A DNA stretch of 64,000 bases from an uncultured Bacilli bacterium (GTDB lineage: Bacteria > Bacillota_I > Bacilli_A > RF39 > UBA660). The DNA lies in contig CASPWD010000005.1 of the NCBI GenBank assembly GCA_949425635.1, positions 100,328-164,327 of the forward strand, read 5' to 3'. Shown piece by piece: positions 21,454 through 31,812 of the stretch. Position 1 is the first letter of the stretch, and each line of letters begins with the position of its first letter. The notes under the pieces were generated by a model, which was not told where the DNA came from, made no database searches, and saw only the letters and a program-made list of their open reading frames with translations. The position numbers and the translations under genes are program-made.

Positions 21454-22194
21454 TTACCATAAACTTGGATTTTCAAAACAATCATAAGCGTCATCAGCAT
21501 TTGCCGAATTCCTAAACTCTTTATAAGATATATTGTGTGGAGAATATATGTTATCTCTTTCATAAAAATATGGTTGTTCCCAAAAAATATGATTCTGATC
21601 TTCAAATAAAAATGCAAGAGTTGAACTAAACATCATACAAGGGATATTGTTTTTCAAAAAATAAATTCTTATCTTTATTTTATCTCCTACTCTTATTTTC
21701 CTATCATAGCAACAACTGTACCAGACACTCTTATTATCTACTAAAGTTTCTAGAAAACTATAATCAGTCAAAACTATACTTTTTTTGTTTGTTGAAACAA
21801 TATCTAGACATTCTATATCACTTTTACCTATATTTTTTATTATAACATCTTTAAAATCATGTTTATTCTTATTTTTTATTCCTTTTGGATAAATTATTTC
21901 ATAATTATTATTTTCATCATATTTAATATTAAAAGGAGTTATAAATATTTCCATACTAATATCTAAATTATTGTCTTCCTTTTCAATGTACAACTCTGGT
22001 TTATTTTCAAAGTTCTTTTTCTTTTCATTTTCTAACTTCTCTTTTTGTTTTCGATTTTCTGATTTCCTGTTAAAATATGCTGTTGAAATAAAATTTAATA
22101 TCCAACCAACAATAATACCTATCAAAGTAGCTAAAAAACTATTTTTATTAATATAATTAAAAACATCTTTTAAAATTTCTATAAATTTATTCAT
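21454..22194 (-). CDS. Hypothetical protein with N-terminal TM anchor
   Basis: TM FLATLIGIIVGWIL followed by a charged coil and beta-rich domain. Confidence 0.7.
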   Translation of the reverse strand: MNKFIEILKDVFNYINKNSFLATLIGIIVGWILNFISTAYFNRKSENRKQKEKLENEKKKNFENKPELYIEKEDNNLDISMEIFITPFNIKYDENNNYEIIYPKGIKNKNKHDFKDVIIKNIGKSDIECLDIVSTNKKSIVLTDYSFLETLVDNKSVWYSCCYDRKIRVGDKIKIRIYFLKNNIPCMMFSSTLAFLFEDQNHIFWEQPYFYERDNIYSPHNISYKEFRNSANADDAYDCFENPSLW

Positions 22195-22272
22195 ATTATT
22201 TCCTTTCTTTAATCTACTATTATAATAATTACATTAAAAAAAGCAATGTAATAATACAATACACATTACTTC

Positions 22273-24165
22273 TTATATAGTCAAGAAGTGATTTTTTATA
22301 TCTAAAATTTCTTTTGTTATATCATCAAAAGTAAGATTTAAAGAATAATAGAAAGGCATCTTTTGGCTTTCAGTGTGAACATGTTGATTTAACATTACTT
22401 TTTTACTCATTAGATATTCTTTTGTCACTCTACTTGAACCATTCCATCTATTACCTCCAAATACATATCTAATTTTGTCTCCAAATTGTTTTCTTTGTAG
22501 TCCAGTATCTCCGCTTAAATTAACATAGAATTGTTTTTCGATCCATGCTCTAATTGCGGCACAATATATTATCTTATCAGCTGTATTATTAAGATACGAA
22601 CTATTTTGAAATGTTTTATCGTCAAAGTTTTCTATTAGATTAACTAAATAATCATTAGAATAGTTAATTCCATCTATATCAATATTAAATGGACAATCGT
22701 AATGAAAAATCAAATGATTATCTGACGTATCCTCCCATTCATCTTTCGCTAATAATAATTTTAAATAATTTAAATGAGGATAAGTAATTTCAATATGATT
22801 TAACAATTCAGTTAAACTTAAAACATTTGCGCTAGCCGTATATCCAACTGAATTTAAATATAAAGTATTTTTTCTTTTCTCCATAATTTCATATTCAAAA
22901 GCCGAACTATATTGAGAATTAGCAATATTAATTGTATCAATATTATGAGTAAAAATTAATATATGCTTATTATCTTTTTTAGCTGATGCAATTTCATAAA
23001 TAATTCTATATTGATTAGGTATATCATAGCTACTTAAAGGATCATCTATGACTAAATAACTTTTATCACTTGATACAAATCCTAAAATACAAATAACAAA
23101 AGTCATCAAATTAATTTCACCTGTACTATATGTATCAACATTTCTAGGTAACTTTATATTAATAAGTTTTTGAACATCATCAAAAATAATATCATCTTCT
23201 CTGACATCAAATTGCAATAGAAAAACAGAATTAACATCTTCTTTATGGCTTTTCAAATTATTATAAAATTCATCTTTTTCTTTTTCTAACTCTAAAATTT
23301 TAGCATTTAAATCTATTAGTTGCTGTTTAGACTTTAATATAATCTTTGCCTTATCAGAATTACCGCCACATAGTAAATAATTTTCAATATTAGAAATACT
23401 AATTCCATTATCAACAATTATATTCTTTATATTATTTACATTCTCCAGTATTTTTGAAGGCGACATTCCAGAATGAGACAATTGATAATCTTCAACTATT
23501 TTTTCTTCTAATTTTTCTATTTCAGCTAATTTCCTAGCAATAATAACTTTTATTGGTTCATCATTTATTCTCCCACACACTGGACAAACAACCTCGTCGT
23601 TGTCTAAAAAAATATCAATTTCTTCTAAAATATGTTTTTTGTAATTGTTTTTTAAATCGTCAACCTGAGTTTTTATTTCATTTAAATCTAAAAAGCTTTT
23701 TGCATTTTTTTGAAAGAATATTTGATCATCTTCAGGCATATCAAAAATCAAGTTTAAATGTTCATCACTAAATTTTAATATAGCTTCCTCATGATTTTTT
23801 CTTAATACTTCCATATTATTAGATATTGCCTTTGCATTTGCTGTATTAGTAATGCTAAATTTTTTTAAATTACCTCTGATATCAATATCATCAATTAATG
23901 TTTGCTTCTCACTTAATTTATTATTCAATTCAACAATACTAGCACCAATTATAATATTATTTTTTTGACCAATAACAGATTCTTCTACTTCTTCATAATC
24001 AATAAAAGCATAATCATTATGACGGGATTTTATATTTTTATACAATGTTGATTTCCCCGTACCATTAGGACCTAATATTATTTTTATTTTATCACCCAAA
24101 TCAATACTAAAATCAGCATCAAAATTTAAATAATTTATTTCATTAAAGTTATCTGAATTAAACAT
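22273..24165 (-). CDS. RloC-like ABC/SMC-type ATPase with zinc hook and putative HEPN C-terminus
   Basis: Walker A GPNGTGKS, coiled coil with CPVCG, signature YSTGE, Walker B VIDDPLSSYD, FTHN, C-terminal KVMLNQHVH. Confidence 0.7.
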   Translation of the reverse strand: MFNSDNFNEINYLNFDADFSIDLGDKIKIILGPNGTGKSTLYKNIKSRHNDYAFIDYEEVEESVIGQKNNIIIGASIVELNNKLSEKQTLIDDIDIRGNLKKFSITNTANAKAISNNMEVLRKNHEEAILKFSDEHLNLIFDMPEDDQIFFQKNAKSFLDLNEIKTQVDDLKNNYKKHILEEIDIFLDNDEVVCPVCGRINDEPIKVIIARKLAEIEKLEEKIVEDYQLSHSGMSPSKILENVNNIKNIIVDNGISISNIENYLLCGGNSDKAKIILKSKQQLIDLNAKILELEKEKDEFYNNLKSHKEDVNSVFLLQFDVREDDIIFDDVQKLINIKLPRNVDTYSTGEINLMTFVICILGFVSSDKSYLVIDDPLSSYDIPNQYRIIYEIASAKKDNKHILIFTHNIDTINIANSQYSSAFEYEIMEKRKNTLYLNSVGYTASANVLSLTELLNHIEITYPHLNYLKLLLAKDEWEDTSDNHLIFHYDCPFNIDIDGINYSNDYLVNLIENFDDKTFQNSSYLNNTADKIIYCAAIRAWIEKQFYVNLSGDTGLQRKQFGDKIRYVFGGNRWNGSSRVTKEYLMSKKVMLNQHVHTESQKMPFYYSLNLTFDDITKEILDIKNHFLTI

Positions 24166-24235
24166 TTCTACACCTCTTCTATCAACTTTAACTTTTCTGT
24201 ATTTAAACTCATATCATGTAAAACATTGAAATTAG

Positions 24236-25015
24236 TTACTTTTGAGTTATTTTAGTAATTACATTTAAACCATCAGTAACTTTTGTTAAATCGTTCTCCA
24301 GTCCTTTAGGATTAACTATCCTTTCCTCTGGATCATAAACAAAACATAACAGACACTTACAATCTGGATGACTTTTATAACGATCAATATCAATTATAAG
24401 CTGTTCCCCTACTTGTCTATCACTCAAACCTTTACGTGTCTTTTTTACTTCAATAACAATCTGCTCACTTTTTAACAAAAAATCTTGTCTAGAACAACCA
24501 CCCGCATATGAAGGAGTCCATTCTTCAGACCTAATATCATCAAAATATAGGCACAACAATGCATGTAACAAATCTTGTACATCATATTCGTCAGTTATAT
24601 CTAATGTTTCTCTTGAATCATACCTATTTCTAAGCGTCCTAGCAACTAAATGAAACTTCTCAAATATATTAATCAAAAATTGCAAATTATTATCAAAACA
24701 ATCGACATACGATTTAGAATCATTAATTATTTCATTTTCTTCTTCTAATAAGATTCTTAAATCTTCTATGGTTGTTTGCAAATTTCTTTCAAAAACTTTT
24801 ATAAAAGATGATTTAGGTGTTCCTGATGTATAAACCGATAAAGAATATCTCCTATTTTTAAATTGTTCGACAGTCTCTTCACTATAATATTTTGAAATAA
24901 ACCTTATCAAAGCATTATTCCAAGCCGTAAACTTACTATCACTAGAGGTTAAATTTTTTCCAATGAATTCTTGCGCCTCATTTATAAACTTTTGCAATTT
25001 CTCTTGCTTTGTCAT
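24236..25015 (-). CDS. PD-(D/E)XK nuclease of DpnII/MboI-like family with N-terminal helical domain
   Basis: EYDVQDLLHALL, EEWTPSYAG..SRQDFLL....VIEVK, DIDRY..HPDC..L.CFVYDP. Confidence 0.8.
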   Translation of the reverse strand: MTKQEKLQKFINEAQEFIGKNLTSSDSKFTAWNNALIRFISKYYSEETVEQFKNRRYSLSVYTSGTPKSSFIKVFERNLQTTIEDLRILLEEENEIINDSKSYVDCFDNNLQFLINIFEKFHLVARTLRNRYDSRETLDITDEYDVQDLLHALLCLYFDDIRSEEWTPSYAGGCSRQDFLLKSEQIVIEVKKTRKGLSDRQVGEQLIIDIDRYKSHPDCKCLLCFVYDPEERIVNPKGLENDLTKVTDGLNVITKITQK

Positions 25016-25108
25016 AAACTACCTCCAAATGAAAAAAATATCATATTAATGATATCTCAACCATACTAAATATAACATTTATTAATTTCTTTTACAATAG
25101 AATTTAAG

Positions 25109-25612
25109 CTACTTTAACCTCTTCAAATAAATATTCCTAAGTCCATGCTTAAACTCTCTACTACCAACTAATAAAAATTCATCCTTAACTAAATTATTAA
25201 TAGAATACACATTATCTGGATATATAGTACTAATAGCATACTCATAGCCTAATTCTTTAGAATACTTATCTAATACTTCTAACATTTGATACTGTAATCC
25301 ATTACCTACATACTTAGGATTAACAAACATAGGACCATAATCTACTACCTTCTCATAATCTAAATTATCTAATCCCAACTTTACTAAATCATTATTAGTA
25401 GAAGGTATAAACACCATACTACATACAAACTCATTATCATTATAATACATCCATATCTTAGTATTATTATCTAACATATTACATAAATCTTCTCTACTAA
25501 AATCACCTAACCAATCAGGATATTTCATATTACTTTTTACTATATCTCTATTAGCTATATATTCATCTATATTAATATTATTATTTATACATTTTAAATT
25601 ATCTAATTTCAT
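25109..25612 (-). CDS. GNAT family acetyltransferase
   Basis: FVNPKYVGNGLQ acetyl-CoA motif, PDNVYS; ATG at 25612 after SD AGGAGG. Confidence 0.85.
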   Translation of the reverse strand: MKLDNLKCINNNINIDEYIANRDIVKSNMKYPDWLGDFSREDLCNMLDNNTKIWMYYNDNEFVCSMVFIPSTNNDLVKLGLDNLDYEKVVDYGPMFVNPKYVGNGLQYQMLEVLDKYSKELGYEYAISTIYPDNVYSINNLVKDEFLLVGSREFKHGLRNIYLKRLK

Positions 25613-25659
25613 ATACCTCCTGATGAGTTCATTTACCATTAGTAATAAGTTTAAATTTT

Positions 25660-26547
25660 TTACTTTTGTTCTATATATTTTTCTAAAAGCTCTTTTTTAT
25701 GTGAATATATTTGATTATATGATAATTTAGCAACTAAATCATTCCATTCTATAACTTCGTCATCATCAATTATTATAACTTTTTTATCTGGATATTTTTC
25801 TTGCTTAGAAACTATTATCGCCAACGAAGGAGAGATAGGATAATATAATTCAAATTCATCTGGTATACCATCAAAATCACTATGAAAGTTTATTATAGGT
25901 TGATCCGAAGTTATAAAATTATCGTTTTCACTTTTTAATAAACAAACTTGATATTTTTCTTGAAATAGTGATAAACCTATTTTGAAAGCAATACTATGGC
26001 GAATTAGCATCCAAACATTTTCTCCTCTTATGTCAGATTCTCCCAATTTTGAAAACATGTTTTGAGTATTTTCTTTTATTTTTTTTGTTCGACAATATTG
26101 TTCTGCAATTGCATGAAAAAACTGCATAGAATTAGTTGTATTTTCTAAAAAAGAAAAGTCTTCGTTATATAAAGAATATAATATTGGTTTTAATCTATCT
26201 TCAATTACACAATTGAAATGTTTTTCTTCACTCTGTTTAGCAAATTCAATTATTTCATCTCTTTTTGTATTATCTGACGAGTTACAAACTTTTTTTAACG
26301 CATTATTAATTTGTTCATATATATGCATTAAATTATCACAAGAATTTTTTGCAAAATATTTTCCTATCTCAATTTCTTTATCAGTACATTGTTTGAATTC
26401 ATAAAAATAGTTTTCTTTTCCTATATTCATAATATTAGTAAAAATTATTTTTTTATTATTCATTAAACAATAAATTTTTTCATTTAAGGTCCATGGCCTT
26501 AAATATTTTCTATAAACATAATGCGGTTGTTTTGTAATACTTGACAT
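25660..26547 (-). CDS. DUF4238 domain protein (putative anti-phage)
   Basis: N-terminal HYV..YL..W; FITSDQPI; YYPISP. Confidence 0.82.
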   Translation of the reverse strand: MSSITKQPHYVYRKYLRPWTLNEKIYCLMNNKKIIFTNIMNIGKENYFYEFKQCTDKEIEIGKYFAKNSCDNLMHIYEQINNALKKVCNSSDNTKRDEIIEFAKQSEEKHFNCVIEDRLKPILYSLYNEDFSFLENTTNSMQFFHAIAEQYCRTKKIKENTQNMFSKLGESDIRGENVWMLIRHSIAFKIGLSLFQEKYQVCLLKSENDNFITSDQPIINFHSDFDGIPDEFELYYPISPSLAIIVSKQEKYPDKKVIIIDDDEVIEWNDLVAKLSYNQIYSHKKELLEKYIEQK

Positions 26548-26574
26548 TAAATAATCACCTATAAATAGTATACA

Positions 26575-27404
26575 TTATTTTTTACCTTTTCTACCATATG
26601 AATTACGTGCTAAATTTCCATTTTCATATTTGAAAGTAACTTCTGGAACAACATCATATTTATATTTAATAGTGATATTTCTATCTTTATCAATAACTAT
26701 TCTGTCTATTAAAGTATCAATAAGTTATTTTTTAATCTAATAGTTTTTTTATCTTTTTCAATTTGTAATTCTTTAATAACTTTATCTATATTTGTTGTTT
26801 CTTTATGAATATTTTTAACAATTGGTGCAGTATCTGGATTGGGTATTAAGTGGCCTTTATCTTCTGGGTCTCTCATATAGCCAAAACAAGGTAAACTTCC
26901 AACAAATTTTCCATTTTTTCTTTTTTCATTTAATACATTTCTAATTTTAACTAAGTTTTGCTTACTATAATAATCATTACAAGCGATTATAAATGTTGAT
27001 GAATCATTACTAGCTTGATTTTTAAAACTATCATATGATTCTAATATAGATATAAATCTTATATTATTCTCTGGAAAGAATGTTTCAATATAAAAACCTG
27101 TCATAACATGATCTCTACCTAATCTAGATAAATCTTTAACTATTACACAATTAATTTTTTTATTATTTATATCTTCTAACATTTTTTGAAATCCAGGTCT
27201 TTCAAAATCAGTACCAGAATATCCATCATCAACATATTCTTTAACTAAATTAAAATCATTATTTTTAACATAGCCTCTTAATAATTTTTTTTGATTAATT
27301 ACACTTTCACTATCAGATTCATATTTTTTATCTTTATCTTCTTGAGATAATCTTATGTAGATTCCAACATTGAAATCTACTCCAGTTAAGTAAGTATTAT
27401 ACAT
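26575..27404 (-). pseudogene. Large serine recombinase pseudogene (internal deletion and frameshift)
   Basis: YIRLSQED, S..NQ, DDGYSG...RPGF, VKDLSRLGR intact; sequence breaks after APIVKNI; C-terminal LIDRIVIDKDRNITIKYK lies in another frame; recombinase/zinc-ribbon core missing. Confidence 0.85.
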
Positions 27405-27726
27405 TTATCATCCTTTTCATCTCACTTAATTGGGTATTAAGACTCATCCATGATAGCATCATCTTACTTAACTTGCAAATCATTAGTTAGATAAATCTCC
27501 TTTTTCGTATTTTATTATCTCCTCGATAAGATATTTTAATATTAAATCTTTAAATGAAGTGTTATTCAAATAGTACTCCTCCTTTAGTTTGTTTCCTATT
27601 TATCTATGCTTAATTTAATTAATTTTTCATACATATATCAGACTCCTTTCTAGTTATTAACTAGTTATATATTTAAACTAGTTTAATTAAATTAATCTAT
27701 TATATTTAATTTTAATATTAATATTT

Positions 27727-28098
27727 TTATATTCTATTTATTATATTATTGTAGCTAAATACATCTTTTGAGAAAGAAAAATACATCCATTTAATTAGTC
27801 TTTATAATCTAGACTTATGGATGTATTTATTTCATTAACTATAAATATTTTTCTAATAAATTTATGTTTAAATTCCATTTTAATATAATTATTATCAGAT
27901 AATTCTTTTAGTAACCTAGTTATGGCTCTAGTTCCTAAATTTAATTTATCTGCTAAAACTATTATTAGCATAACAATATCCTTGTTGATAAGTTAATAAC
28001 ACTAATAAACCATATAGTAATTTAGCACTAGAACTTACATTAGTATCCGATAATAACACTATTGGTATCTTTATATAATTATCATAATTCACTTGCAT
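27727..28098 (-). pseudogene. Frameshifted HTH replication-initiator-like gene remnant
   Basis: SD AGGAGG; MQVNYDNYIKIP...SSSAKLLYGLL...GYCYANN, then in another frame LADKLNLGTRAITRLLKEL.DNNYI. Confidence 0.7.
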
Positions 28099-28104
28099 CA
28101 CCTC

Positions 28105-28257
28105 CTAATCTTTATAATTATGATTTTTTAGCATTTCAATATAACCTATTTCTAATAATTCTTTCATCATTTTATAAATAGATAAGTTATAAAATTTAGC
28201 CATTAGTTTTATTCTATCGAATAATTCAAATGGTAAATATAATTTAAATATTCTCAT
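28105..28257 (-). CDS. Small ribbon-helix-helix (CopG/Arc-like) protein, 50 aa, not in ORF track
   Basis: SD AGGAGG; MRIFKLYLPFELFDRIKLMAKFYNLSIYKMMKELLEIG fits a strand-helix-helix pattern. Confidence 0.65.
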   Translation of the reverse strand: MRIFKLYLPFELFDRIKLMAKFYNLSIYKMMKELLEIGYIEMLKNHNYKD

Positions 28258-28554
28258 GTTACACCTCCTTCCTAATAGGATGGTTTCCTATTAAATATTG
28301 TAATTTCTAAAAAAGTAGGATAAGAAGACTATTCTTATTTCGTACTTACGAAATTCATCCTACTTTGTAGGTTAATATAAAGGATGTTAGTCTATTTAAC
28401 CCTTTATTTATCATAGATATTAATTTGTTATTATCATCCTATTTTAATAAATCTAGTAATTTTTATAGGATGATTAGTCATAAACACCACCTCCTTTAAA
28501 GCAACAACAAAAAAAGAAGACCTAAGCCTTCCCATAAATATTGCTATTTTACTA

Positions 28555-28765
28555 TATTTTATCACTTGACTGTATTTAGTCAATAAACTAAATTGTATTT
28601 TTTAGTAGTCGAATAGTAAACTAAATCGTATTCGAATCCTACACAAAAAGTACACTGAATTGTATTTGGATAGTAAACTAGATTATTCATATCTTCACTA
28701 ATGTATATAAACTTATCGCTACTTTACCATATTCTATCACTTGATTTGTTATAGTCAATAAATTA
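28555..28765 (-). promoter_or_regulatory. Two near-identical sigma70-type promoters with intervening short direct repeats
   Basis: TTGACT-16 nt ending TGA-TAAAAT and TTGACT-16 nt ending TGA-TAGAAT; TAAACTA repeats between them. Confidence 0.55.
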
Positions 28766-28836
28766 ATTTTTCTATTTTTTATTATTTTTTGACTTTTTTT
28801 GCCAAAACAATATTCTAAATTTATTATTAATTCATT

Positions 28837-31812
28837 CTATTTATCTTTTAAATTCTTGTATATGTCCTCCATATATATTCCTAAAATACGTTTTTTAATA
28901 TCTTCATCATCTAGTAATAATTTATAGAGTTCTTTATTATGTTCGTATCCTTCTATTAGTGCCTTATCAACATTTTTATAATATGAGAATCCAAAATTAC
29001 TAAATGGATTTATATTAGCACTCGTTTTTAATTCATTATTACTCATTAAAATATCCTTAATTTGTCCTAATGAAGAGGAAGCTAAATCAGAATCAATACG
29101 CATGCCTTTTTCTAAATTAATCTCATCAATTATTTCAGACAATCTCTTTTTTTGTTCTAATTCAATTGATACTGGTCTTGGACTTCCATATTTAACTTCG
29201 GGTTCTGCTACAATCATTGATGTTCCTTCATCAATAACATATTCTCCTGTTTTCTTTTGTTCAAAATTTGAAATATCAATTGCTTGAACAACATTGAAAT
29301 CAACTTTAATTCCAGTTACATCTAATTCTTTATATAGCACTGATAAATAATTATACTTTTTATGTAAATCAACATCTTTAAAAGCAGTTGCTTGGATTAT
29401 AAAACGATAAAATTTATTAAAACTAGAAATATTTTTCTTTATTTCAAATTGTTGCTTTATATCTCTTAATTTTATTTTTGATAATGATCTATCAATTAAA
29501 CTTTCCATCTTTACTCTGTCTGTTATTATTTTTCTTTGCTTATACGCTAATTCATTAAACTCTATTACATCAGCAAAATCCATAAAATTATATGAATCAA
29601 TTTTATCAATTAAATTATAAATTGCTTCTGGATTAACATTTTCAGATAATATTGTGCCATCATAATAAGGAGCAAATGCTTTCTTAATGTCATCATATGA
29701 ATTTTTAAAATCTAGTATAAACGTTTGTTTATTATATGGTGGACAAATTCTATTTAATCTTGATAAAGTTTGAACTGCTGCAATTCCACTTAATTTTTTA
29801 TCAACATACATTGCTACTAATTTTGGTTGATCAAATCCTGTTTGATACTTATTGGCAACTAATAATACTTGATAATCGTCTTTATCAAATTCCTTTTTTA
29901 ACGCATTTTCAAGTATATTGTTCATACCCACTTCACTGTATTCTTTACCATCTACTGTTACTTTTCCAGAAAATGCTACCAATGCTTTAATATCACCATA
30001 ATTATGTTCAGTAATATACCTTTCAAATTCATTTCTATATCTAACCGCAGCTTCTCTAGATGAAGTCACCACCATAGCCTTTGCTTTGCCACCAAGTTCT
30101 CTCATAATACAATTTCTAAAATGTTCAATAATAATTTCAACTTTTTGGCCAATATTAGTTGGATGCATATCTATAAATCTATTAATTTTTCTTTTTACTA
30201 CACTAGCAAACACTTCAGGATTATCTTCCATTTTCTTTTGTAATTCATAAAAGGTTTTATATGTTGTATAATTTGTTAATACATCTAAAATAAATCCTTC
30301 TTCGATTGCTTGTTTCATTCCATAAATATGAAATGGTGCAGGTTTACCTTCTTTATTTAAATTGCCAAATAATTGTAATGTTTGTTTTTTAGGTGTTGCA
30401 GTAAAGGCAATCATAGAAATATTTTTTTGCTTTCCTTGATTACTTATTTCATCAATGATTAAATCTTCAATTGAATCTCCATCCATATCATCATTATCTG
30501 ATAGAACTTCAGTGACTGCGGCCATATTTTTACCAGATGTTGATGAATGTGCTTCATCAATTATAATAGCAAAATTCTTATCTAATATATTTTTAGTTTC
30601 ATCTAATATATATCTAAACTTTTGAATAGTAGATACAACTATCTTTGTATTATGTTTTAATGCTTCTGCTAAATCTGATGATGTGCAGTCTTTATCCATT
30701 ACTTTAACTAATCCTTGTTTATGATCAATTGCTTTAATTGCTGTTTGCAATTGTTGATCAACAACTATTCTATCTGTAATAATTAATACTGAGTTAAATA
30801 TATTATTTTCATCTTTATCATGTAGAGATTGAAGTCTATGAGCTAACCATGCAATTGTTTTAGTCTTTCCTGATCCTGCGCTATGTTCTATTAAATAATT
30901 TTTAGATGTCTTATTAATTGTTATATCACTTATTAAATTTCTAATAGCATCTAATTGATGATATCTTGGAAATATCAAATTTTCTTTTTCTTTTAACTTT
31001 CCAGTTTTAGGATCTTCTTCTGATTCTTTTTCTACATAGATAAAATTCTTAATTAAGCGTAATATAGTATCTTTCTTTAAAACATCTTCCCACATGTATG
31101 AAACATTTAATCCATTATCATTATGTGGATTTCCTTTTCCTCCACCTTCGGTTCCTTTATTAAATGGTAAGAAATAAGATGATTTACCACGTAATTTAGT
31201 ACACATATATGCTTCCTTTGTATCCATAGCAAAATTAACTAATGCACCAAATTTAAATGATAATAGCCTAGTTGTATAATCTCTTTCATTTTTATATTGC
31301 TCGATAGCATTTTCATAATTTTGACCAGATTGATTACTTTTTAATTCTATTGTAATAATGGCTATACCATTTAAAAATATAACTAAATCCATTCTTTCGT
31401 CATCCTTATGGTATACTTCTTCCATAACAGAGAAAATATTCTTATGATAAAGTTCATTTAATTCTTCGTTGAATGTAGTAGCAGGCTTATCATACAGTAA
31501 TTCTAATTTAATATTATTATCAAAATAAACACCTTTTTTTAATCTTTGTATAAGACTACTGTCAGATTTTGTAATTTCACTATTAATTCTTTTAATAATT
31601 AATTCATCTGCATTTTCATGTATTTTTCTGATTTGTTCTATTTTATCTGGTTGAGTATCTTCTAAAAACTTTATTACAAGTTCAGTATCCATAGCATATA
31701 TTGGATTATAATGCTCTTTATTATAGAATCTTTCAATATATTTATTATTATCAACTAAGTAATCAATAATATATCTTTGATACTCGTCTTTTTCTTTAAA
31801 GAAATTATCCAT
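28837..31812 (-). CDS. hsdR: Type I restriction endonuclease subunit R
   Basis: DLVIFLNG...IELK nuclease motif, HSAGSGKT, DEAH, FTATP, QTGFDQP, QTLSRLNR. Confidence 0.96.
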   Translation of the reverse strand: MDNFFKEKDEYQRYIIDYLVDNNKYIERFYNKEHYNPIYAMDTELVIKFLEDTQPDKIEQIRKIHENADELIIKRINSEITKSDSSLIQRLKKGVYFDNNIKLELLYDKPATTFNEELNELYHKNIFSVMEEVYHKDDERMDLVIFLNGIAIITIELKSNQSGQNYENAIEQYKNERDYTTRLLSFKFGALVNFAMDTKEAYMCTKLRGKSSYFLPFNKGTEGGGKGNPHNDNGLNVSYMWEDVLKKDTILRLIKNFIYVEKESEEDPKTGKLKEKENLIFPRYHQLDAIRNLISDITINKTSKNYLIEHSAGSGKTKTIAWLAHRLQSLHDKDENNIFNSVLIITDRIVVDQQLQTAIKAIDHKQGLVKVMDKDCTSSDLAEALKHNTKIVVSTIQKFRYILDETKNILDKNFAIIIDEAHSSTSGKNMAAVTEVLSDNDDMDGDSIEDLIIDEISNQGKQKNISMIAFTATPKKQTLQLFGNLNKEGKPAPFHIYGMKQAIEEGFILDVLTNYTTYKTFYELQKKMEDNPEVFASVVKRKINRFIDMHPTNIGQKVEIIIEHFRNCIMRELGGKAKAMVVTSSREAAVRYRNEFERYITEHNYGDIKALVAFSGKVTVDGKEYSEVGMNNILENALKKEFDKDDYQVLLVANKYQTGFDQPKLVAMYVDKKLSGIAAVQTLSRLNRICPPYNKQTFILDFKNSYDDIKKAFAPYYDGTILSENVNPEAIYNLIDKIDSYNFMDFADVIEFNELAYKQRKIITDRVKMESLIDRSLSKIKLRDIKQQFEIKKNISSFNKFYRFIIQATAFKDVDLHKKYNYLSVLYKELDVTGIKVDFNVVQAIDISNFEQKKTGEYVIDEGTSMIVAEPEVKYGSPRPVSIELEQKKRLSEIIDEINLEKGMRIDSDLASSSLGQIKDILMSNNELKTSANINPFSNFGFSYYKNVDKALIEGYEHNKELYKLLLDDEDIKKRILGIYMEDIYKNLKDK

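Noticed and set aside
25619-25660. CTGATGAG resembling a hammerhead ribozyme core
   Set aside because: No downstream GAAA or flanking stems; better explained as the element's left attachment site
27483-27630. Tiny ORFs upstream of the recombinase (MKKLIKLSIDK; 28-aa MNNTSFKDLIL...)
   Set aside because: Probably decayed element remnants; too short to support as functional genes
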